The translations under genes and the position numbers were made by a program. The notes under the pieces were generated by a model. That model did not search any database. It was not told the origin of the DNA and was given only the letters and a program-made list of their open reading frames with translations. Positions 1 to 10,556 of a stretch of 64,000 bases of DNA are shown in pieces (position 1 is the first letter of the stretch; every line of letters begins with the position of its first letter). Location: positions 45,009 to 109,008 of the forward strand of contig CAYSHM010000002.1 in assembly GCA_964430885.1 (NCBI GenBank), written 5' to 3'. This DNA is from an uncultured archaeon. Its GTDB lineage: Archaea; Thermoplasmatota; Penumbrarchaeia; JASLWR01.

Positions 1-1988
1 TTCAGAGTTCCTTTCTTACCGCACTTCAGACATTCCAATTTATAAGGCCTTTTCTCTGATTTGATGGATATCATGGTTTTACATCTGGGGCATGCGATCT
101 CAGGGTAATCTTCTTCTTTCTTTTCCTCGTCAATTAACTCGAAGTCCAATCCCGCATCCTTTGGCTTCTTCTTACCCTTCTTTCTTCTCTTTTCTTCGCC
201 GCCCAAAGTTGATGATGAATCCATCTTATCCTTCATCTCTTCCTCGAAATCCCGTCCAGTTCGGTTATAAATCTCTGTGAACAAGCTTTGGGAAAGGTTG
301 TTGAGTTTCTCTACTGATCTCTCTATGGCCTTTAGATCACGGCCTCCAAGGGATTTCTTTACCTCCTTGATAGCCATCTTTGTTTTTCTTATCTGGCTCT
401 TGGTAAGCTTGCTAGCCAGTTCATCAATCGCCTTTTCCGTAGCATAAACGAGTCCGTCTGCTTTGTTTCTCAACTCGGCATGCTCCTTCATCTTCTTGTC
501 CCGTTTTCTGTATTTCTTAGCTTCGGAGATCATATCCTCTACTTCGTTTCCAGAAAGTGTCGATGATTCGGTGATGGTGATCTTTTGTTCCTTTCCTGTT
601 GCCAGGTCCTTAGCTGAAACATTTACAATACCATTTGCATCAATATCGAATGTCACCTCGATCTGAGGAACACCTCTTGGAGCTGGCGGGATACCAACTA
701 GGTGGAATCTTCCAAGGGTCCTATTGTCTTTGGCCATTTCTCTTTCACCCTGAAGAACATGCACCTCTACGGACGGTTGGTTGTCAACAGCAGTGGAAAA
801 TATCTGGCTCTTCCTTGTGGGAATGGTGGTATTCCTCTTGATCAGTGGAGTTGCTACACCTCCAAGGGTCTCAACTCCTAATGATAATGGAGTTACATCC
901 AGCAGAAGAACATCCTTAACTTCACCCACTAGGATTCCTGCCTGTATTGCAGCACCGACGGCTACACATTCATCAGGATTGATTCCTTTGGTAGGTTTCT
1001 TGTGAAGCAGTTTCTTAATTAATTCCTGAACAGCAGGGATCCTTGTGGAACCTCCAACCAATATCACTTTGGAGATGTCCTTTGCTTTGAGTTTTGAATC
1101 TCTTAGAGCACGCTTGGTAGGTCCAGCCGTCTTTCGTACAAGATCTCTGGTGAGTTCATCGAACTTACCTCTGCTAATGGAGACATCCAAATGCTTGGGT
1201 CCTGATTCATCTGCAGTGATATATGGAAGATTGATATTGGTCTTCAGTCTGCCGGATAGTTCTATCTTTGCCTTCTCAGATGCCTCTTTGAGTCTTTGCA
1301 TAGCGGATTTGTCATCCGACAGATCAATATCGTGCTCTTTGGTGAACTCTTCAGCCAAGAAATCCATGATCCGCTTATCGAAATCATCACCGCCTAGAAG
1401 GTTGTTGCCGCTGGTGGCCTTCACTTCGAAAACACCCTCGCCGAGTTCTAGGATGGATACATCAAATGTACCGCCTCCAAGATCAAAAACAAGAACGGTC
1501 TGGTCCTCTTCCTTATTAATACCGTACGCCAATGCAGCGGCGGTAGGCTCGTTTATTATCCTGAGGACCTTCAATCCGGCAATCTTACCTACATCCCTCG
1601 TGGCCTTTCTCTGACTGTCTTCGAAATATGCAGGTACAGTAATCACTACTTGGTCGACCTCTTCTTCCAGGTATTCTTCAGCATCCTCACGAAGTTTGTT
1701 CACTATCATTGAAGATATTTCTTCTGGAGCATATTTCTTATCCCCGATTTTAACTCTGTGGCGAGTACCCATTTTTCTCTTTATGGATGCAATAGTCCTT
1801 TTCGGGTTGGTAATAGCCTGCCTCTTTGCCAGCTGACCAACCAATCTCTCTCCGTCTTCAGTAAATGCGACTACAGACGGTGTTGTCCTTGATCCCTCAG
1901 AGTTGGGTATGACGATCGCTTCTCCACCTTCCATTGTGGCAACACAAGAATTTGTTGTTCCAAGGTCGATACCTATAGCTTTTCCCAT
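1..1988 (-). CDS. dnaK: Molecular chaperone DnaK (Hsp70), 3' end runs off the window; C-terminal Lys-rich linker and CxxC..CxxC zinc ribbon
   Basis: Manual translation from ATG at 1988 gives [78 protein letters not shown]. The frame stays open to position 1. It has the short subdomain IB of Gram-positive/archaeal DnaK. Missing from the ORF track because there is no stop in the window. Confidence 0.97.
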   Translation of the reverse strand, partial: MGKAIGIDLGTTNSCVATMEGGEAIVIPNSEGSRTTPSVVAFTEDGERLVGQLAKRQAITNPKRTIASIKRKMGTRHRVKIGDKKYAPEEISSMIVNKLREDAEEYLEEEVDQVVITVPAYFEDSQRKATRDVGKIAGLKVLRIINEPTAAALAYGINKEEDQTVLVFDLGGGTFDVSILELGEGVFEVKATSGNNLLGGDDFDKRIMDFLAEEFTKEHDIDLSDDKSAMQRLKEASEKAKIELSGRLKTNINLPYITADESGPKHLDVSISRGKFDELTRDLVRKTAGPTKRALRDSKLKAKDISKVILVGGSTRIPAVQELIKKLLHKKPTKGINPDECVAVGAAIQAGILVGEVKDVLLLDVTPLSLGVETLGGVATPLIKRNTTIPTRKSQIFSTAVDNQPSVEVHVLQGEREMAKDNRTLGRFHLVGIPPAPRGVPQIEVTFDIDANGIVNVSAKDLATGKEQKITITESSTLSGNEVEDMISEAKKYRKRDKKMKEHAELRNKADGLVYATEKAIDELASKLTKSQIRKTKMAIKEVKKSLGGRDLKAIERSVEKLNNLSQSLFTEIYNRTGRDFEEEMKDKMDSSSTLGGEEKRRKKGKKKPKDAGLDFELIDEEKKEEDYPEIACPRCKTMISIKSEKRPYKLECLKCGKKGTL

Positions 1989-2218
1989 CTTCATTCCTCA
2001 CGGTATTTAAATTTGAATAATTTGATCAATATTTTTTAAAATGCGTTACATTTATCTGATAACATCAATCACAAAATTATATTACTGGATTGAACGAATT
2101 ATTTTTCAATTCCTTTAACCTAAATCAAAGGTTTATATTTAAATCTATTTGCCTGATTTCTTTGTGTTCTACCAACTGTTCTCAGATGAAATTATCATAC
2201 TTTTTCTTTATGGATTTT

Positions 2219-2551
2219 TCACCCATTTCTTTGGGCTTGGAGGTCGTCCATAATCTCTTTCTTTACCTCACTTCGGAGCTCGCTTTCCAACCGCTCTCTT
2301 TTTTCATAATACTCTTCACGGGAGGTAAGTCCATTATCGATCAGGATTTCAAGAACAGTGAATATGTCGATTTCCCGTCGGTACTGTTCCATCCATTCTT
2401 CGATCTGTTCGTCTGATGGGAAAATGGGATGTTCTTGGTAAGTAGCCAATTCTTCATGGGTTTTTTTGACTATATTTTCCTTCTTAGTAACTTCACCTTC
2501 ATCATCGAAGCTTCTCTTTACATTGTTGATAGTATCTTGTAACCATGACAT
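2219..2551 (-). CDS. Hypothetical protein, 110 aa, charged and helical
   Basis: Protein-like composition; AGGTGGA RBS upstream of the ATG. No family recognised (not GrpE). Confidence 0.7.
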   Translation of the reverse strand: MSWLQDTINNVKRSFDDEGEVTKKENIVKKTHEELATYQEHPIFPSDEQIEEWMEQYRREIDIFTVLEILIDNGLTSREEYYEKRERLESELRSEVKKEIMDDLQAQRNG

Positions 2552-2990
2552 TAGATTTCCACCTGTAAATTATATTTTTTTTCTTTAAGGAAAATTAAAT
2601 ATTAAAAGCTTTTCTCATAAGATAGTCACTCAAAGATATATTCAGGTATTGAAAGATATTTCTTTTTATTTTTTTTTCACCAATCGTAATCGAACTTTTA
2701 TAGGTAATTTATAATTATTTCTGGTACCTTATAAATTTGGTATTAGAATAGATGGTAAACCAAAATCATTAATACCAATAATTTAATATTCTAATAATTA
2801 TAATCTAAAATATTCCAATCGCTATGCTGATGACAAACTTGTAAAGTCATTAATGTAGTCCGAGAAATAGATTGGAAAATCAATGGATACTAGAGGCAGT
2901 ATAGAGATAATTTGGATCCTGATCCGGTTATGATAAGAAAACAATGGCCTCTGTCAGAATACAATCGTAATTGTCGGTGGTGAAATAAGC

Positions 2991-5900
2991 ATGAAATACA
3001 GAATGATTAGCTGTTTACCTTTAGTCATAATGGTCCTTTTGGCCTTGGTCGCTATCCAATCCGTTAATGTCGCAGGTGATACATATCATGATGGTGATAC
3101 TGGAGCAAATGAGGTATGGTCCAGCGGAGTCCATATAGTCGATGATGAATACAATGTAACCAATGGGAACATGTTGACCATCGAACCTGGTGCGAATGTC
3201 AAAATGGACAGCAGTCATGGGGAAGGGAAAATAGTTGTTAAAAACGGCGGAAAACTAGTTATTGCAGGTACATGGGAGAACCCCGTGGTCTTCAGTGAAA
3301 ACGTTTCAGGATCCGGTTATGAGGGTTTAGTTGTGGAGGATGGAGGTATTGCATTCATTAACTATACAAACATAAAAGAAGCAAATATCGGTATTAAATC
3401 CGATGGTCTCAATTTGGCATCCAGCTATGTAGAGGTGAATCACTGTCGAATCAATTCAACAGGCGATTGGGGCTTATATGCCACAGGTGATGAGGAGGTT
3501 ATAGTGAATAACTGCACAATAAACAATACTGGAGATGGGTCTGCTGACAGCGGAGGAGTAAGAATGAGCTCCGGTACCGTATTATCAGACAGCGAAATCT
3601 TCAATTCTTCCAACACAGGAGTCCTTATAGGAGGCGGTTCTCCCGTAATCCACAATACAAAAATCCATAATACAACAGGGAGAGGAATCTCTATAGGTTC
3701 CAGTTATACTCCGAAAATTTCTTCCAGCATAATTGAAAATTCTGGAGAAGTGAATATCTATGCTACCGGATTTGAGAGGAATATTGTTCTATCAAACTGT
3801 ACTCTTTTCAATACAACAGGGGTCAATAGTGCCTATGTAGCACCCAACACGGTAAATGATAATATTAACATTACACTCCTGAATCTAACGGATTTGAGTG
3901 AGGATCTTAATGGCTCTTGGACCGTTATAAAGGGCGGGAATATATCAGTGAACTATTGGGCAAAGGTATATGTTGATGACGTCAACGGTGATCCGATATC
4001 CAACGCCACTGTCGATATGGTTCATAATGGCAGCACACATTTTACAGGCACGACATCCCAAATGGGGTATGCTTGGGTTCAGGCATCTCATTTCATCTAT
4101 AATGATTTGGGTTATTGGTTTAAAGGCAATTATTCTGCAAAGGTGTCCCATACCGATTTTGCACAATCTGAACGAAATGAATATTGGGATATGTTCCATT
4201 CATTGAACTTCACACTTATGGATACAAAAGCTCCTACTCTGGATTCCGATGACTCGCCTAATGCTGGAACGACAGGTGATAACTTCATTTTCAATTTGTC
4301 AGTATCGGACAATATAGGAGTGGATAGTGTAAATGTTACCTGGGCCCACGGTAGTTTGGGCACAAATCAGCCTCTTAATGACGATGGGGATGGAACCTGG
4401 AGTCTCAGCATAACTCTGGATGACAGCCTTAACGACCTCACCTATTCCATTCAGGTCAATGACACTACCGGGAATTATTATAGGCAAGACCTGCAGCTTG
4501 TACCTATTTCAGATAATGATGACCCTGTATTGAATTCGGATAATTCGCCGAATTCAGGAACAACAGGAGATAATTTTGTTTTTGATGTTAGTTTATCTGA
4601 CAACATAGATATTGACATGGTTTATGTGAACTGGACCCATGGCGGTCTTTCCGGCAATGACACCATGAACGATGACGGTGATGGGACCTGGAGTCTTACC
4701 ATAGTGCTGGATGACTCCCTGAGTGACTTGTTTTATTATCTCTGGTTCAATGATACATCTGGTAACATATTTGTTCAATCGCAGCAGCTGATAGGAATAA
4801 ATGACAATGATGCACCAGTATTTGATTCGGATGATTCACCTATTACAGGTACCACAGGCGACGCTTATGTATTTAACATATCTGTATCAGATAATATCGA
4901 TGTGGGTAGTGTAAATGTATCCTGGACCCATGGCGGATTGGGTGGGAATGTTGCCCTTAATGATGATGGTGACGGCACTTGGAGTTTGACTATTGTTCTG
5001 GATCACAGTATTGGAGATCTCATATATTCCATCCAAGTCAATGATACTTCGGGGAATTATTTCAGGCAGCTCCTTCAGACCGTTACAGTTTCTGACAATG
5101 ATAATCCAGTTCTTCTGAATGACAACAGTCCCAACGAGGGTACTACTGGCGATTCATATTTGATATCAATCGAGGCTTCTGACAATGTGGAGGTCGATTC
5201 CGCAAATGTAACCTGGTTCCACGGGACGGATCTATTCAATCAGCCTTTATGGTTCAATGCGACATCAGGCAATTGGGAACTGATGATTAACCTGAACCAT
5301 TTATTAGGAAATCTGGAATATTCAGTTCAGATCAATGATACATCAGGTAATTATCTTCGTCCGGGTAAAAATATAGTGCCAGTAATAGATAACGATAGTC
5401 CGGAATTCGGACAGGTATTTACTGACGCACTTACAACGGGAGACATAGGCGAATTTAGAGCAATCATCAATGATAATATTGATGTTCATGAAGTGTATCT
5501 TGATTTCACGGTAAATGGGGTTTTAGGAGTGAGGAGTTTTAATTGGTCAGTAGTAAATAAAACCAATGATGAATGGTTCATAGGTATTACCTTGCCGAGC
5601 GACACTCAGATTGTAGAGTATTATTTCTGGGCCGCCGATGCTCAAGGTAATTCACAGCTAGCAGGATTGTACCAAAGTTTGGTGACAGATAATGATTCAC
5701 CCAATGGATGGATGAATGAGCTGAATTTCACTACTGGAGATTCGATCATCATCAATATTTCTGCTGAAGACAATATTGATATTACCAATGTAGTGTTCTC
5801 ATATCGATACCAGTATACTGATATGACAATAGATGGAGAATTTTCAGCATTAGGAATGGTGAAAACAGCAGAAGTAGCACCGGTGAACACAGAATATTGG

Positions 5901-8900
5901 CACATTGAGTTAATCATACCTGGTGACGCGATGGTCATATTCTATTTCTTCAATATATCCGATGGACTGAACGCTCCTTATTTCTATCAGCAGGGGACTA
6001 CTCAAAATATACTTCAGGCGCAAGCACAGCCATTTACCGGAAATATTTTAGATAATGATGCACCGATTATTACCAATTATCCAAGCTTCAAGAAGATATA
6101 CAATACGACGGAATCGATCGATATTATTTTTTATGTGTTCGATAACACCTTTTCCATTCAGGAAGTCAGGATAACGTTAAGTGGTATATATGAAGGAACA
6201 TTCTTGTGTCAGGAACTTTACCCGGGGGCATCCTTCCTATACAGCAAGATAGCAGATATAGATCTTATAGGTAGAGTGGATTTCAATGTGACCATCACTG
6301 ATCATGCGGACAATTCGAATCTGTATCCGATATTATATCATTACAATTTCACAGTTGTCGATTCGATAGCCCCAGAATTTGTGGACATAGATGGCAATTT
6401 GACAAATGGGACTGATGATCCATTCGATGTCACATGTTCAGTAAGCGATAACATCGGGCCCCATGAGGCATTCATTCACGTAAAGCATGGCGAGGAAGAC
6501 GATTGGACCGTTTACAGTATGCTTCAATCCATCACAAGCCCGGGCAGTTTCTATATTAGATATCCTGAGGAATTGAAGCACAATTTGGGTTATGATACTT
6601 CATTAGGCATTCCTCTGTATTATTTCATAACAGTTTATGACGAGGCATCAAATTCGAAAAGAATAGGCAACGAAGTCAATCCATTTGTAGTCTCCTTTTA
6701 TGATAATGATGAACCTGAAGTGAGTGATGTTTCAGGAGATATATCTACTTCAGGCGGAGCGGATTTCAATTTAAGTTTGAACGGATCAGACAATTTAGGT
6801 CTGGACAGAGCCCTAATATATCTTAATAACAACCAGGGTAGATCATGGTTGAATGCCGTGGAGATGCATTCAATAATATCCAATAACGGTCAGGTGGGAA
6901 ATTTCTATATAACTTATTATGATCTGTTAACGGAATTGGGTTCCAAGGTCAATACAACTGAACTTACTATTCTATCTTATTATATCAATATCATAGATAT
7001 CAATGGCCAGGTAACTCAAGCAGGTTCTATTGATGAACCATACTCAATCCAAATTGATGACGGGATTGCACCAGTTTTGATCAATTTTAGTTTTACACCT
7101 GATTTGCCCATAACCAATAGTCCCTTTTCTGTTGAAGTAGGAGTTAGGGATAACATAGATAGTCCAATATTGCTCAATACCACTTTGAACTTCTATTACG
7201 ATGAATTTCTAAATTACAGTATTCCAATGGTAAATCTCAATAATAGCCTCTTTCTTGTAATCCTTGACGCAGAAAACATTATTTTGAAGGATAAGAGGAT
7301 TTTAACTCTTTGGGTGGTATTGGAAGACTCCAATGGTAATGAGGTCCGAGTTTTCTTGACCTCTCTGGATATTATTGATACCATTAAACCGAGATTATCA
7401 GATGTTGAGCTTCTGGAGGAGGACGCGGAACGTCCAATAGATAGGGTCAGACCCGGAAAACCAGAGGATGTTTCAGCTGGCCAGGAGATCCTTGTAACAG
7501 TTGAGCCTATTGATAATTTTGGCATCAAGGATATGGAAATAATCATGGAATATTCCAATGTTGATTATGAAACCAATATCGAGAACAATGTTACTTACAA
7601 CAATACAATGCCCCTCGTTTCATGGGAAGGTTTGATCATTATACCAGATCTTCAGAGAGGATATCTTTATTATCGCTTCATATTGACAGATGCTTCAGGT
7701 AATGTTTACATTACAGATGATTATTTGCTAAATGTATCGTCCAATGATGCAGATGATGATGGAATTCCAGATTATTTGGAGCCTTCACATAACAGCCTGA
7801 ATCCTGATGGAAGTTCCAAGGGATTCAACGGCAGTTCACTACCTTTCAAGGATGATCCAGAGGAATGGGCTGATTATGATAATGATTCAGTAGGGGATAA
7901 TTCCGACGATCTCCCATTTGATCCCATAGCTGCTATTGACAGTGATGGTGACGGTTATCCGGATCTACTGTTGCCAAATGCGAAGTTTGATCAATCGACC
8001 ACTGGAATTGACCATATTGATCAGTTCCCCAATGATCCTTCCTGCAGTTTAGATAATGATGGTGACGGTTATCCCGATGAATGGAATTCCGGGATGTCAG
8101 GGGTGGATTCCCCTAGATGGCCAAATATTTGGTTGGATGATTATCCTTTTGATAAGGATGAGAACAAGGTAATTATTGAGTTCAAGGATCCGGAAAAGGA
8201 AGAATTCAATTGGGTCCTGTTCATTATCCTCATAATTGTGATACTTTTGATACTTTTCTTGGTTGGTTTCATTATTTTCAAGAAAGCGGGACCTTGGTTG
8301 GAGGAAAGAAATAAACGAAAGGAGGAGGAAAAGGAGGAGGAGGAGGAAAAACAAAAGAAGGACGAGGAACGTAAGAAAAGACTCCTGGCAGCGAAGAAGA
8401 AAGATGAATATGCTGCTAAAAAGAAGAAGGCAAAAAGAAAGGCCAAGACCAGTGAGGAAGCGGATAAAGAATCCATGGACAAGAAGAGAAGAATGTTCCT
8501 GGATGACGAAGATGATGAGTTGTTGGACATTGATGAAATGCTTCCTGAAGAAATGCTGTGGGAGGGTGGCGTTCTAGATACCAGAAGACTGTTATTGGAA
8601 GCAGAGGATGACGGATTCTTGGATGAAGAAATGCCCGATGAAGACGATTATTTGGATGAATCCGCTTATACCCCTGAAGTAACGGAAGTCGAATCTGAAA
8701 TAGATGAGGGGTCGACGGAAGATGAAGATACGGATGATATGGATCTAGTAGGAGATGAATTGGATGATGATCTGTTGGCGATGTACTTCGCAGGTGACTC
8801 TGATTCTGGTGATTTGGCTGCTGAAGAAGATGAACCATTTGAGGAATTGGATGATGAGGATGACGAATTGGATCCCGAAATAATGGATCAATTGAACAAA

Positions 8901-9011
8901 TTGGGAGATTTTGAAGATGATTCTGAAGACGATTCTGATGATAAGGAAGAAGATCTGGATGATATTGAAAAGAGTTTCAAGAATGCGCTGGCTGAATTGG
9001 ACGAACTATAG
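2991..9011 (+). CDS. Giant membrane-anchored surface protein (2006 aa): signal peptide, right-handed beta-helix, many Ig-like repeats, TSP3-like Ca-binding motifs, TM helix, Lys/Glu-rich then Asp/Glu-rich cytoplasmic tail
   Basis: GGTGGTGA RBS; hydrophobic N-terminus; LTIEPGANV beta-helix start; repeated DNxxP..DN.GV units; DxDGDGxPD motifs; TM segment FNWVLFIILIIVILLILFLVGFIIF; acidic tail of about 200 aa. Confidence 0.9.
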   Translation: MKYRMISCLPLVIMVLLALVAIQSVNVAGDTYHDGDTGANEVWSSGVHIVDDEYNVTNGNMLTIEPGANVKMDSSHGEGKIVVKNGGKLVIAGTWENPVVFSENVSGSGYEGLVVEDGGIAFINYTNIKEANIGIKSDGLNLASSYVEVNHCRINSTGDWGLYATGDEEVIVNNCTINNTGDGSADSGGVRMSSGTVLSDSEIFNSSNTGVLIGGGSPVIHNTKIHNTTGRGISIGSSYTPKISSSIIENSGEVNIYATGFERNIVLSNCTLFNTTGVNSAYVAPNTVNDNINITLLNLTDLSEDLNGSWTVIKGGNISVNYWAKVYVDDVNGDPISNATVDMVHNGSTHFTGTTSQMGYAWVQASHFIYNDLGYWFKGNYSAKVSHTDFAQSERNEYWDMFHSLNFTLMDTKAPTLDSDDSPNAGTTGDNFIFNLSVSDNIGVDSVNVTWAHGSLGTNQPLNDDGDGTWSLSITLDDSLNDLTYSIQVNDTTGNYYRQDLQLVPISDNDDPVLNSDNSPNSGTTGDNFVFDVSLSDNIDIDMVYVNWTHGGLSGNDTMNDDGDGTWSLTIVLDDSLSDLFYYLWFNDTSGNIFVQSQQLIGINDNDAPVFDSDDSPITGTTGDAYVFNISVSDNIDVGSVNVSWTHGGLGGNVALNDDGDGTWSLTIVLDHSIGDLIYSIQVNDTSGNYFRQLLQTVTVSDNDNPVLLNDNSPNEGTTGDSYLISIEASDNVEVDSANVTWFHGTDLFNQPLWFNATSGNWELMINLNHLLGNLEYSVQINDTSGNYLRPGKNIVPVIDNDSPEFGQVFTDALTTGDIGEFRAIINDNIDVHEVYLDFTVNGVLGVRSFNWSVVNKTNDEWFIGITLPSDTQIVEYYFWAADAQGNSQLAGLYQSLVTDNDSPNGWMNELNFTTGDSIIINISAEDNIDITNVVFSYRYQYTDMTIDGEFSALGMVKTAEVAPVNTEYWHIELIIPGDAMVIFYFFNISDGLNAPYFYQQGTTQNILQAQAQPFTGNILDNDAPIITNYPSFKKIYNTTESIDIIFYVFDNTFSIQEVRITLSGIYEGTFLCQELYPGASFLYSKIADIDLIGRVDFNVTITDHADNSNLYPILYHYNFTVVDSIAPEFVDIDGNLTNGTDDPFDVTCSVSDNIGPHEAFIHVKHGEEDDWTVYSMLQSITSPGSFYIRYPEELKHNLGYDTSLGIPLYYFITVYDEASNSKRIGNEVNPFVVSFYDNDEPEVSDVSGDISTSGGADFNLSLNGSDNLGLDRALIYLNNNQGRSWLNAVEMHSIISNNGQVGNFYITYYDLLTELGSKVNTTELTILSYYINIIDINGQVTQAGSIDEPYSIQIDDGIAPVLINFSFTPDLPITNSPFSVEVGVRDNIDSPILLNTTLNFYYDEFLNYSIPMVNLNNSLFLVILDAENIILKDKRILTLWVVLEDSNGNEVRVFLTSLDIIDTIKPRLSDVELLEEDAERPIDRVRPGKPEDVSAGQEILVTVEPIDNFGIKDMEIIMEYSNVDYETNIENNVTYNNTMPLVSWEGLIIIPDLQRGYLYYRFILTDASGNVYITDDYLLNVSSNDADDDGIPDYLEPSHNSLNPDGSSKGFNGSSLPFKDDPEEWADYDNDSVGDNSDDLPFDPIAAIDSDGDGYPDLLLPNAKFDQSTTGIDHIDQFPNDPSCSLDNDGDGYPDEWNSGMSGVDSPRWPNIWLDDYPFDKDENKVIIEFKDPEKEEFNWVLFIILIIVILLILFLVGFIIFKKAGPWLEERNKRKEEEKEEEEEKQKKDEERKKRLLAAKKKDEYAAKKKKAKRKAKTSEEADKESMDKKRRMFLDDEDDELLDIDEMLPEEMLWEGGVLDTRRLLLEAEDDGFLDEEMPDEDDYLDESAYTPEVTEVESEIDEGSTEDEDTDDMDLVGDELDDDLLAMYFAGDSDSGDLAAEEDEPFEELDDEDDELDPEIMDQLNKLGDFEDDSEDDSDDKEEDLDDIEKSFKNALAELDEL
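4221..5387 (+). repeat. Four intragenic tandem units of about 291 nt (97-aa Ig-like domains)
   Basis: Units start at 4221, 4512, 4803 and 5094 and share SPxxGTTGD, SDN.xVD, NVxWxHG and NDTxGN; the first three also share NDDGDGTWSL. Confidence 0.9.
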
Positions 9012-9160
9012 GTCAATAACCATTGAAGCTTAGCTATCCAAATTGATAAGTATCCCAAATTGAAATAAGCCCAAAAGATTATTAATGAAAAAGTTGATTG
9101 ATAAGATACTGAAAAATTCAGTCACCTATATCCATTAACACTGTAATAAGAGGCATTAAA

Positions 9161-9421
9161 ATGAAAAAAATCATTGGAATTATCCTTCTGGTTTTCTTGT
9201 TGTTAGTACAGATCTCACCGACAGTTCTTGCCAAGGGAGGATATAGCGGGTCATCAGGGAGTAGGGGGACGTATTATGGGCGTAGCGGCGATCATTATGA
9301 TGATGAAGACGAAGACGAGGAAGGTGGTGCCTGGGTATTATGGTGTGTTATAATCTTCTTTGTAATCATCTTTGTAACTGCAGTAGTTGTGGCCCAGGTG
9401 CAGAGAAAGAAAAGAGGATAG
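9161..9421 (+). CDS. Small membrane protein (signal peptide, Gly/Ser-rich and acidic linker, TM helix, basic end)
   Basis: MKKIIGIILLVFLLL..VLA|KGG signal; C-terminal TM followed by RKKRG; GAGG RBS. Confidence 0.75.
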   Translation: MKKIIGIILLVFLLLVQISPTVLAKGGYSGSSGSRGTYYGRSGDHYDDEDEDEEGGAWVLWCVIIFFVIIFVTAVVVAQVQRKKRG

Positions 9422-9440
9422 ACTTTTCTTAATTGCACTT

Positions 9441-10460
9441 TCAAATGAATGCTTCTGCAAATAATATTATTTGAAATAACAGAACACCCATTCGAGTTCC
9501 GGTTCTAATATTCAATTCGAAGGCATTCCAAATTATCTCGTCATCCTCTTTTTTGATAGTAATCCATACTTTTATCCAAGTAAGGTAAAGAATCAATAGA
9601 AAAACTGTTGCCCCTGCGAGATATAATTTTCCGTATATTTCCGGGAATCCAAATAATCCATAATATGAAATCGGATACAATGGAATGAAAAATGAATAGA
9701 AAAGGATGACCAGGTACATCGACGGCATTCTGCCCTGTCTAACTGGCGTAGTCTTGAAACCAGCGGCTATGTCTCCTTTCAAATCCCCTATGCAAACCAT
9801 TATTTCTCTACCGATTTCCATCAAGAATATCGCAGACGCAAGAGGGAGTAAGATTTTAAGGTCGTTCCAAGAGTAGGGTCTCATGGCCCATGCACCCCAA
9901 AGAGGTATCGCACCCACACCGAAAGCTACTATCAAATGGCCGATTATACCGCGGTATTTACCTTTGGAGTTATAATAAATTCCAGATATTGCAATGACTG
10001 ATGTTAGCAGACCGCAGGGTAAATTGATTCCGTATGGGGTCAGTGATCCTTCATAGCTGTTGTTGGCAAAGAGGGTTGTGGAAAACGAGATCAGGACTGA
10101 TATGACCATCATGATAATGCCTGTTATTGCAGCGGTTTTTGGTTTAATCAATCCTGAGGGAATAGGTTTTTGAGGTCTGTTAACCCTGTCGGATTCAAGA
10201 TCGGTGAAATCATTATGTACCATCAATCCTCCAGCCAAAAAGGCTGCAGCTAACATTGTCAATAGGAACATATCCCATTCCAGATGAAACCCCGCATTGA
10301 TGGTAATATCTGCAATTGTTACATTCAGGGCACCAACGCTGGATCCGAATACTGAAATAATAATTATCAGAGGACGGCATATTCTAACCCATGCCAATAC
10401 CCTATTCGTCATATATACGCTGGAGGAATCAATGGAAAAACCACCCACAGACCGGCTCAT
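9441..10460 (-). CDS. UbiA-family prenyltransferase, probable digeranylgeranylglyceryl phosphate (DGGGP) synthase
   Basis: NDFTDLESDRVNRPQKPIPSG and REIMVCIGDLKGD..G.KTTP motifs; multiple TM helices. Confidence 0.85.
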   Translation of the reverse strand: MSRSVGGFSIDSSSVYMTNRVLAWVRICRPLIIIISVFGSSVGALNVTIADITINAGFHLEWDMFLLTMLAAAFLAGGLMVHNDFTDLESDRVNRPQKPIPSGLIKPKTAAITGIIMMVISVLISFSTTLFANNSYEGSLTPYGINLPCGLLTSVIAISGIYYNSKGKYRGIIGHLIVAFGVGAIPLWGAWAMRPYSWNDLKILLPLASAIFLMEIGREIMVCIGDLKGDIAAGFKTTPVRQGRMPSMYLVILFYSFFIPLYPISYYGLFGFPEIYGKLYLAGATVFLLILYLTWIKVWITIKKEDDEIIWNAFELNIRTGTRMGVLLFQIILFAEAFI

Positions 10461-10556
10461 GAGTGTATAATGTCAATCCAGATATATAAAACATATATGA
10501 TGAAGATTCAAGTCTATTTATCTAGGGGAATTCCTTAAAGCCGACAATAATCGATA

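Noticed and set aside
92-1614. Plus-strand ORFs 92..280, 463..666, 635..841, 781..1005 and 1045..1614
   Set aside because: Antisense shadows of dnaK. The same applies to most short ORFs opposite or inside long genes across the window.
2826-2870. Hammerhead ribozyme (CTGATGA...GAAA)
   Set aside because: No stem II closes between CTGATGA and GAAA, and no matching stem I/III with a cleavage triplet could be built.
9022-9075. ATTGAAG/ATTGAAA motifs resembling CRISPR repeat ends
   Set aside because: No 30-40 bp spacers and no constant repeat.
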